64,000 nt of DNA from Escherichia phage ESCO5: the sequence record NC_047776.2; one strand, written 5' to 3'. The notes below the pieces were generated by a model. It saw only the letters and a list, made by a program, of their open reading frames with translations. It ran no database searches and had not been told where the DNA came from. The position numbers and the translations under genes are program-made. Shown here one piece after another: positions 29,312-36,671 of this stretch. Each line of letters begins with the position of its first letter. The first letter of the stretch is position 1.

Positions 29312-31336
29312 ATGAATTTAACAAGACCTAATAGTGCGATAGCCGATCTAGTAGAAGCTACTTATCGAAAACGTCGCAGTTTTGAGGCAGGTTTTACATT
29401 ACGTAATTCCCGTGAAGTTTTGCTGTTAGCGGCAGAAGGGAATTATTACCAATGGAAAGGAACTTTTCCTAAAGTAGTTCCAGCAAACTCTACGCCAGCC
29501 ACCACAGGTGGTATTTCTTCCCTTGCATGGCAAAGTGTTGGGACCGCTGATGATATAGCAATTATCAATGCCAAGTTTACGGCAATGCAGCAACAGATTG
29601 ATGATCTGTCGGAAACAATACCTGAAGCTGGTAAATCGGCTTATCAGATCGCACTTGATAATGGTTTTGTTGGAACAGAAGCACAATGGCTTGCTTCTTT
29701 GAAAGGGGATACTGGTGCTCAACTTAATATTAAAGGATCATTAGCAAGCACTAGTGAACTACCATCTACAGGTAACGTAGCAGGTGATGGTTATATTGTA
29801 GGAGATGTAATCTACGCTTGGGATGGGGCTGTTTGGAAACTTATCTCTTCTCTTGGGCCAGAAGGGAAATCAGCTTACGAGGTATGGTTAGCAGATGGTA
29901 ATACAGGATCTGTTTATGACTTTCTTGCCTCTATAAAAGGTGATAAAGGAGACGTTGGTCCTACAGGTCCACAGGGTGCACCTGGTGTCAACGCTAATGG
30001 TTTTGATTACCGTGGAGATTTGCCTTCTACAAGTAACTTACCACAACCTAACTCTGAAAACGTAAGCCAAGCTTATTCTATTAATGGTAATCTTTATGTC
30101 TCTAATGGGACAGCTTGGGTCAACATGGGTAATATTGTTGGTCCTCAAGGTCCACAAGGTGAGGCAGGTAAAGACGGTCTAGATGGAACAGATGGAGACG
30201 AAGGGAAATCTGCATATCAAAGTTGGCTGGATGCTGGTAATGAAGGGACAGAAGTAGATTTTATTGCCTCACTTAAAGGTCCAAAAGGAGACAAGGGTGA
30301 TCAAGGAGAGCGAGGTCCACAAGGTGAACTAGGTCCACAAGGACCAGTGGGTGCAACAGGATCAGGTTTAGAGATTATCGGGGTTCTGAACAGCGAAGCT
30401 GAACTTCCTCCTACTGGAGAAGTAGGTGATGCATATAAAATTAATAATGATTTGTATGTTTGGGTTCAAGATGCTACAGAATGGATGAATGTAGGCAGTC
30501 TTGGAGGAACATCAATTACAGCTAAAGGTCATGTTCCGAACAGTGAAGCTCTCCCTGTTTATAATAACTACGGTGATGCCTATTTAACTGAAGACACTAG
30601 TAATCTTTACATCTATACCTACGATCAAGACACCAATTCCGCATCTTTTGTTGACATGGGAAGTATTAAAGGCGACAAAGGTGAAAAAGGGGATAAAGGA
30701 GATAAGGGTGATCCTGGAACAAACGGAACCAACGGTACTGATGGGACCAACGGTAAGGACGGCGCACAGTGGTTTGTAGCAACAACTAATCCAGTCACAG
30801 GAGACGGTGTTATCAATGATTACGCCTTCAATACTACCACTGGAGCAGTATTTAAGAAAACAGATTCTTCTACGTGGACACTTATAGGAACTCTTCCTAG
30901 TATACCAGAAGCCCCTCAAGACGGCTTGACGTATGGTCGTTCTGATGGAAACTGGATCGAAATATCAGGATCAGATCCTACGGAAGCTATAACACCAACT
31001 AGAGTTACAGCAGGTTTCATGGAACTTGAAACAACTACTGCCAACTCTGGAGCATCTTGGACTCCTTCTGGAACTTCCAATATGTATGTTGTTACAGTAA
31101 CTGACGCTCTGACAGTTGGAGCATGGCCTGGTGTCACTGGCTCTACAAAACCTAAAGCGTTTTCAGCAATGATTTATTTGATTCAAGATACAACGGGACA
31201 CACGGTTACACTAGATGCGTCTTATGGAGCACTAAATGATACAGAAATAGCAACTACTGCTAACGCAGTAACAATTTTGCAATTAACGTATCCTGGTGTG
31301 GGTGATATCGTGGACATGGTTGTTGTAACACGATAA
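29312..31336 (+). CDS. tail fibre with collagen-like Gly-X-Y repeats
   Basis: 674 aa; runs such as GPQGPQGEAGKDGLDGTDGDEG and KGDKGEKGDKGDKGDPGTNGTNGTDGTNGKDG; three copies of GKSAY...(W)L(A)S(L)KG(D)KGD repeat. Confidence 0.7.
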   Translation: MNLTRPNSAIADLVEATYRKRRSFEAGFTLRNSREVLLLAAEGNYYQWKGTFPKVVPANSTPATTGGISSLAWQSVGTADDIAIINAKFTAMQQQIDDLSETIPEAGKSAYQIALDNGFVGTEAQWLASLKGDTGAQLNIKGSLASTSELPSTGNVAGDGYIVGDVIYAWDGAVWKLISSLGPEGKSAYEVWLADGNTGSVYDFLASIKGDKGDVGPTGPQGAPGVNANGFDYRGDLPSTSNLPQPNSENVSQAYSINGNLYVSNGTAWVNMGNIVGPQGPQGEAGKDGLDGTDGDEGKSAYQSWLDAGNEGTEVDFIASLKGPKGDKGDQGERGPQGELGPQGPVGATGSGLEIIGVLNSEAELPPTGEVGDAYKINNDLYVWVQDATEWMNVGSLGGTSITAKGHVPNSEALPVYNNYGDAYLTEDTSNLYIYTYDQDTNSASFVDMGSIKGDKGEKGDKGDKGDPGTNGTNGTDGTNGKDGAQWFVATTNPVTGDGVINDYAFNTTTGAVFKKTDSSTWTLIGTLPSIPEAPQDGLTYGRSDGNWIEISGSDPTEAITPTRVTAGFMELETTTANSGASWTPSGTSNMYVVTVTDALTVGAWPGVTGSTKPKAFSAMIYLIQDTTGHTVTLDASYGALNDTEIATTANAVTILQLTYPGVGDIVDMVVVTR

Positions 31337-31339
31337 CAG

Positions 31340-31366
31340 AAGCCCCGAAAGGGGCTTTCTTTTTAT
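31340..31366 (+). terminator. rho-independent terminator
   Basis: AAGCCCC-gaaa-GGGGCTT followed by TCTTTTTAT. Confidence 0.65.
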
Positions 31367-31377
31367 GGAGGGTTTAA

Positions 31378-34050
31378 ATGTTTCCAATTCCAATATTTAC
31401 TATTATGACCAGCACTGGTGTCGTTCCTCTGCCAGCAGGTATTGTTAAAAAAGTAATCACTCTAGATTACCCAGATAATGCTGGCAATTCTAATAGCAGT
31501 TTAGCAATTTTGCTTAATGATGGTAGATTGTTTACTCAAGGCGCAAACCTTTTTGGTGAGATTGCAGATGGAACTCGTAGTGCACGATTCAATAATTTCC
31601 ACTTAGCTTCTACTGTAGTAGCGGATGTGTTTACCGCAGATCGTTGTTTTGTTATTAAAACTAACAGTGGGGGATGGCAATATTCAGGATTGACAGCAGG
31701 GTTGGTAGGATCTATAGCAGCAGGTGGTACGGATGCATGTGTAACTACTTGGACCAGCTTTCCATCTGTAATAACAGGGACTATCTCTTTAGCCAATCTT
31801 AAAGAGGTTAAGGGAGGATATAACAACACTCTCTGGTTGATGAATAGTGGTGTTCTTTATGGATCAGGTCAAAACACAGTAGGCAGTTTAGGTGCAAGTA
31901 CTACTAACGAAGTTTCTACTCCTCGTCAGATAACAAGTGCAGCAGTTGCTTTTGATGCAGGTTACAACCAATGCTCTTATGTCAACAATGTGGGAACCTT
32001 GCGTGTTTGTGGGGCTAGTAAAGGTTTAGCAGGTAATAATAACACAACAACAGCTTTTGTCAATGCCAAGATATCCGCTACTGAAACAGTGTATGTCAAA
32101 GATTACATCAATACAGTTTCCCAGACAATAGTTGTAGGAGATACCTCCGGTGGCACGGGTACAGTAAACTACTTATATGTTAGATCTAATACAGAAACAA
32201 CCTACACTAAACTGGACACCTTTGCAGCAGGTTTCTCAACATGGAAATTTCCACCAAGCCGCCACTCTTTTTTCGTTGGGATCAATAATTCCTTGTGGGC
32301 TATTGGTAAGAACTACACTGCAAACTTAGGTTTGGGGTATGATTCTGCGAGCGGAGATCCACTCCAAGTGGGAAAACCAGTTAAACCTGAAGGAGTGGGT
32401 TCCTGGGATATAAACAAGCTCACAAGCGTTCATACACTGAATATGGATGTTACTAACCAATTAGGTTATCAAGGAACCTTTTTCGTTTATAATGGAGATA
32501 TGTATTATTCAGGTATTTGGAAAGATGGGAAAGCCTCGTATCTGTTCAATAGTGGTCTAAACTATAATAAATTCACACCAATAGCAAGCTCCGTGATTAC
32601 AGGGGATGTTCTGGCAACTGGCTTAACTACAGATTCTTTAGGAATTTGTATTGTAGGTGGAACTAAACAGTTGACACATTCTGTTAGCCCAGAAGGAGGT
32701 AAACTTTTCAATATTAAATACACTTCTTCTGCCCCTGCAAACATGACAATATCATCTACTGGTTTAATGACTTTCCATGCAGAAGGTGGTTTTGATGCAG
32801 GTATGACAGCCTTAAACGCTGAAGGAACAATTTTATCAGATACCTCTGGAGGATATGCTTCAACATTGAGTGTTTACACCCCTAGCTTATCTGCGATGGA
32901 TGTAGGAACAACACAAACAATGGTAGCAGAAATAACACCAACAGGAGCAGCAAGCTTACCTGATATGGTTGTTGAGTATACAACTACAGATCCTAATGTT
33001 GCTACAGTAGATCCTACAACTGGTGTAATAACTGGTGTTGGTGATGGTGGTTGTAGGATTGGTTGCACAGCTACGTATCAAGGTGTTGTTACCGCTTCTG
33101 ATAGTTCTTATTTAACGGTGAATGCTGTTGCGGGAAAGGAGTTAGCTCCATCTCCGAGTAGTAGTTTAACGGTTCTAAACGGATATTTCAACCACTCGGC
33201 AGATGGGGCAATTACGTTCCCAACTTTATCGGGTACTGTTACACCAGCTAACTTTGTAGTTAAGGTGGATGACGTTGTAGTTCCTTCAAGTAAAGTAATA
33301 TTTAGAAACAAAGCTTTCTCTACAGTGGATAGTTATCCAGCAGGAGAATATAGACTGGCTATTGAATTTGCAAGTGCTTCAGTAGTTAATAGTGTGGAAG
33401 TGTCTATGGAAGCAAACCCAAGTCTTTTAGAACTTTGGGGCGGTAATAGAATCAGTTATTCTACAAGCCCAGCCTCACAATTCTTAAAAGGTTGTGCTAA
33501 CTTAAGACGAATAACTTCTGATTGTTTTAGTAACACATCTTACACCGGAACATCTATAAGCGGTATCTTCTCTGGCTGCACAAGTTTGACAGCTATCCCT
33601 GAAGGATTATTCAGTGATGCTTTATTTCCTTCAATGACAACAATGTCAAGCACGTTTGAAGGTTGTACATCTTTAACATCTATTCCTTCAGATTTATTTA
33701 AGAATCTGTCAAAAGTTACAAGATATTCTTACACCTTTAAAGATTGCACCTCTCTTGCAGAAGTTCCAGCAGGAATGTTTGATAATATTCCAACGAAAGT
33801 GACCTCTTTAACAGCTACATTCCAAGGTTGTTTAGGACTTACAGATTTTAATAAGATCTTTAATGACAACCCAGGGTTAACTGTTTGTGGTAAACGTGGA
33901 GCATTATCTTCTTTCTTTAGTGGATGCACAAATCTTACAGGAACAGGAACAACATTAACAAATACATTAGGCGGAGTAGCTAATAGTTACCTATTCAGGT
34001 ATTGCACAAAACTTTCTGATTATAACAACATTCCTTCCGGTTATAAATAA
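31378..34050 (+). CDS. tail fibre with Ig-like (Big_2-type) and BspA-type leucine-rich repeat C-terminal domain
   Basis: 890 aa; repeated FxGCTSLTxIPxxLF units (CANLRRITSDCF, GCTSLTAIPEGLF, GCTSLTSIPSDLF, DCTSLAEVPAGMF, GCLGLTDF); TTDPNVATVDPTTGVITGVGDGG Ig-like segment. Confidence 0.6.
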   Translation: MFPIPIFTIMTSTGVVPLPAGIVKKVITLDYPDNAGNSNSSLAILLNDGRLFTQGANLFGEIADGTRSARFNNFHLASTVVADVFTADRCFVIKTNSGGWQYSGLTAGLVGSIAAGGTDACVTTWTSFPSVITGTISLANLKEVKGGYNNTLWLMNSGVLYGSGQNTVGSLGASTTNEVSTPRQITSAAVAFDAGYNQCSYVNNVGTLRVCGASKGLAGNNNTTTAFVNAKISATETVYVKDYINTVSQTIVVGDTSGGTGTVNYLYVRSNTETTYTKLDTFAAGFSTWKFPPSRHSFFVGINNSLWAIGKNYTANLGLGYDSASGDPLQVGKPVKPEGVGSWDINKLTSVHTLNMDVTNQLGYQGTFFVYNGDMYYSGIWKDGKASYLFNSGLNYNKFTPIASSVITGDVLATGLTTDSLGICIVGGTKQLTHSVSPEGGKLFNIKYTSSAPANMTISSTGLMTFHAEGGFDAGMTALNAEGTILSDTSGGYASTLSVYTPSLSAMDVGTTQTMVAEITPTGAASLPDMVVEYTTTDPNVATVDPTTGVITGVGDGGCRIGCTATYQGVVTASDSSYLTVNAVAGKELAPSPSSSLTVLNGYFNHSADGAITFPTLSGTVTPANFVVKVDDVVVPSSKVIFRNKAFSTVDSYPAGEYRLAIEFASASVVNSVEVSMEANPSLLELWGGNRISYSTSPASQFLKGCANLRRITSDCFSNTSYTGTSISGIFSGCTSLTAIPEGLFSDALFPSMTTMSSTFEGCTSLTSIPSDLFKNLSKVTRYSYTFKDCTSLAEVPAGMFDNIPTKVTSLTATFQGCLGLTDFNKIFNDNPGLTVCGKRGALSSFFSGCTNLTGTGTTLTNTLGGVANSYLFRYCTKLSDYNNIPSGYK

Positions 34051-34052
34051 GA

Positions 34053-34080
34053 AAAGGAGCCATTTGGCTCCTTTCTTTTA
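34053..34080. terminator. bidirectional terminator between convergent arms
   Basis: AAAGGAGCC-attt-GGCTCCTTT with T-rich tracts on both sides; plus-strand gene ends 34050, minus-strand gene ends 34107. Confidence 0.75.
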
Positions 34081-34106
34081 TAAAAACTCTTTATAAATCA
34101 ATAAGA

Positions 34107-34994
34107 TCAGAACGGAATATCATCATCGAAGTCCATCGGAGGTTCTTCTTGATTACTTGGAGTTGGTTCTGGTTGTGGTTCAGGCTTTTTAACTTCTTTC
34201 TTCTCTTCTTTCTTAGGTTGTTCTGCGGAACCACGAATGGCAGCAGCAACTTTATCAGACAGAGCCAGAACTTTACGAGCAGAATCAATCAGATCTTCTA
34301 CAGATACAGTCTTAATGGTATGGTCTTTACAAGCATTAAGGATAGCGTGACCAACAGATGCCCCAAGATCATAATCATTAATATCAACGCCACGAGATTC
34401 AGCAATTTCAGATTTCAGCGTGACAGTTGCAGATTGAACAACCCCAGCGATATCGAAAGCATCGCCTTTAACACCATTACGAATCAGTTCCAGTGCACCA
34501 TTTACTGCGTGACCAGTTTCCAGACCTACAGTATCACGTTTTTTATAGGACTGTTTAGGAGCAGCATCGTTGGAACCTTTATTGCCAGAAGATTTGTTAG
34601 ACTTCTGAACACCATCGGTAGACAATACTGTAATACGAGATTTTTTAGTATTGTAGTAAGTTTTACCGCCTTTATTATCAACGCGATCAATATCAATACT
34701 TACTTCTACACCTTTTTCAATAGTGATCCAGTTATCACCTTCTTTGACTTGCAGGTTTTCATAACCTTCTTTCAGTTCAATGTCACCAAGAGAAATCCAA
34801 ACACCTTTCTCCTCTGGTTTAGCACCTTTCTCTTTCAGAACAAGAGAAGCTCGGTGAGTTGAAACAATCGTTTTTCCTTCCCAATGAAAAGTTTTAGGTT
34901 CAGCGAATTTATCCAGTTTAACGTAGTCTACGATACCAGTTGCATAAGTTACGGTTTTGCCTTTACGATCAGTTTCAGTATTAATTACGGACAT
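34107..34994 (-). CDS. ssb: single-stranded DNA-binding protein
   Basis: 295 aa; C-terminus EEPPMDFDDDIPF identical to the E. coli SSB tail motif; Gly/Ser/Lys-rich linker; N-terminal domain divergent. Confidence 0.75.
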   Translation of the reverse strand: MSVINTETDRKGKTVTYATGIVDYVKLDKFAEPKTFHWEGKTIVSTHRASLVLKEKGAKPEEKGVWISLGDIELKEGYENLQVKEGDNWITIEKGVEVSIDIDRVDNKGGKTYYNTKKSRITVLSTDGVQKSNKSSGNKGSNDAAPKQSYKKRDTVGLETGHAVNGALELIRNGVKGDAFDIAGVVQSATVTLKSEIAESRGVDINDYDLGASVGHAILNACKDHTIKTVSVEDLIDSARKVLALSDKVAAAIRGSAEQPKKEEKKEVKKPEPQPEPTPSNQEEPPMDFDDDIPF

Positions 34995-35010
34995 TATTAT
35001 CTCCTCTATA

Positions 35011-35403
35011 TTACATTAATTTTGCACAGAAAGAGCGGAGTCTTTCCATATCATCTTGCTCTAACAGGTATTTACCTTTACCTATTCCAACTCCAATTTC
35101 ACCGTTAGGGAAATGAACTATTTGCACTGGAAAACCTCCGAGTTTAATTGTGGCAGCTTTGCCTTCTTCGTCTATAACGTTTCGGATTGTATCTTGCAGT
35201 GAAATGAATTCTTTGTTTGTAACAGTGGCTTCAATTATTTCAGAGGTTTCAACACGAGCCGTTAGCTTCTTGTCTCCACCTTGAATAATCAAAATTTGAA
35301 AATAAAAAGAGTTGTCAAGACCTACAACATTTTTCTCAACTAGTGTCAAACTGGTATAATTTCCATAAACAGTTTCAACAGCTATTTTAGAACGTTCAGT
35401 CAT
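35011..35403 (-). CDS. hypothetical protein
   Basis: 130 aa ORF in replication arm. Confidence 0.5.
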   Translation of the reverse strand: MTERSKIAVETVYGNYTSLTLVEKNVVGLDNSFYFQILIIQGGDKKLTARVETSEIIEATVTNKEFISLQDTIRNVIDEEGKAATIKLGGFPVQIVHFPNGEIGVGIGKGKYLLEQDDMERLRSFCAKLM

Positions 35404-35448
35404 TGAATGCTATCCTATCATAAAATGTTTAATATTGTCAAGCTTTAA

Positions 35449-36042
35449 TTACCAAGGAATATCTTCTTCTTCCAATTTGGTATCTACTTGAGGTGGACGT
35501 GGAACCTTAACCTCTTTAACAAAACGAAGATATGGAAAACGTGTAGCGATTTTAATAACATGTTTGGCATCTTCTCTAACATCTTTGTGCAAGAAGCAGA
35601 TCCCTGTTTCCAAAGTTGTTTCAAAATCTTTAGAGTAATAACAATCCTTTCCATCAAATGCAGCCTGGCAGATGGACAGATCAAACTCATTCAGAAAGGT
35701 TGTCATTACATTTGGGTCCATAATCATAAGGTTGCAAAGCTGACCGTCACGTTCAAATTCAAAAACGTGTTTAAGACCAGTAACACCCTCGTAGTTATCA
35801 GAAGCCTCTTTGTTTCCTAGCTTACGAACATTAGTTCCCATTAAAGCAGATGCAATTAGTTCTTGTATTTGCTCTTCTGATCGATGTGCAGGAAGTGACG
35901 TATAGAAATCCAGATCACGTCCAGCAATATCAAGAATACGCCAATCACGAACAGCACCGCCAGCCAAGACAGAATTAGGATCAGCGATCTTTAAGACAGT
36001 AAGAATTTCTTTGGCAATGTTGATTTGTTTTGATTTAGTCAT
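35449..36042 (-). CDS. minimal nucleotidyltransferase (CCA-adding / poly(A) polymerase head-domain type)
   Basis: 197 aa; motif VLAGGAVRDWRILDIAGRDLDFYT matches the GGAVRD...RDxD signature of class II tRNA nucleotidyltransferases. Confidence 0.6.
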   Translation of the reverse strand: MTKSKQINIAKEILTVLKIADPNSVLAGGAVRDWRILDIAGRDLDFYTSLPAHRSEEQIQELIASALMGTNVRKLGNKEASDNYEGVTGLKHVFEFERDGQLCNLMIMDPNVMTTFLNEFDLSICQAAFDGKDCYYSKDFETTLETGICFLHKDVREDAKHVIKIATRFPYLRFVKEVKVPRPPQVDTKLEEEDIPW

Positions 36043-36253
36043 TGATACGCTCCACAGTTACTTTAACAATATCGTCCATATTAATCTCATCTCCCAAGAC
36101 TTCAATAACACCTTCCTCATAAAGTCGAGCACATTCTTCCCATACTTCTGCTTCCGTCATTCCACCTTCAATCTTATTTGCAAGACCTTTAATAACATCT
36201 TCATTTTGTTCATCAATAAGAATTGAAACATTAAAGCTCACTAGTTTACGCAT
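36035..36253 (-). CDS. hypothetical small acidic protein
   Basis: 72 aa; GGAG RBS. Confidence 0.5.
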   Translation of the reverse strand: MRKLVSFNVSILIDEQNEDVIKGLANKIEGGMTEAEVWEECARLYEEGVIEVLGDEINMDDIVKVTVERIND

Positions 36254-36263
36254 TGTTTTCTCC

Positions 36264-36431
36264 TTATACCTCTAAACGGAAAGTTTCTTTAGATACAAAA
36301 TCGTATCCACCTTTTTCAAGCCAGTCATTGTAAACCTCATCAGCTTGAGACTCTATCATAAAATACCGAGTGGTAATTTCGTCTCCGACAATACGCACAA
36401 TTTTATAGCAAATCATGATACCATTTCCCAT
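36264..36431 (-). CDS. hypothetical small protein (not in ORF track)
   Basis: About 55 aa; ATG overlaps upstream stop as TAATG; fills otherwise empty 177-nt gap; next gene RBS follows its stop. Confidence 0.35.
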   Translation of the reverse strand: MGNGIMICYKIVRIVGDEITTRYFMIESQADEVYNDWLEKGGYDFVSKETFRLEV

Positions 36432-36622
36432 TAATCTTCCTCCAGATCAATTTCATTATAGCAATGTATGCAGTAGCCATCGTTGTGCATATGTTGTTCA
36501 TAAGACATATCTTTACCACAAGACCAACAACGAATATCGCCATCGTCCCATTCACGTTCTTCTTCGCCTTCAAATGCATCTGGTAGGTAAGGCATACCAA
36601 GACAATCTAAATCGTAATGCAT
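36431..36622 (-). CDS. small zinc-ribbon protein
   Basis: Start moved to internal ATG (AGGAGG RBS); CxxC...CxxC (CWSCG...CIHC); track start 36706 would overlap polymerase 3' end. Confidence 0.55.
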   Translation of the reverse strand: MHYDLDCLGMPYLPDAFEGEEEREWDDGDIRCWSCGKDMSYEQHMHNDGYCIHCYNEIDLEED

Positions 36623-36635
36623 ATCTCCTCCTATA

Positions 36636-36653
36636 AAGGGGCAGAAGCCCCTT
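36636..36653 (-). other. RNA stem-loop downstream of polymerase gene
   Basis: AAGGGGC-ttct-GCCCCTT hairpin between polymerase stop and next RBS; no strong U tract. Confidence 0.4.
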
Positions 36654-36671
36654 ATAAAACAATATGTTAGA

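Noticed and set aside
29900-30800. Short periodic repeats that might suggest a CRISPR-like or tandem-repeat array
   Set aside because: The periodicity is 9 nt Gly-X-Y coding repeats inside an intact 674-aa ORF, with no repeat-spacer structure.
34149-34862. 237-aa plus-strand ORF opposite the SSB gene
   Set aside because: Lies beyond the bidirectional terminator, antisense to SSB; low-complexity Phe-rich translation; no RBS.
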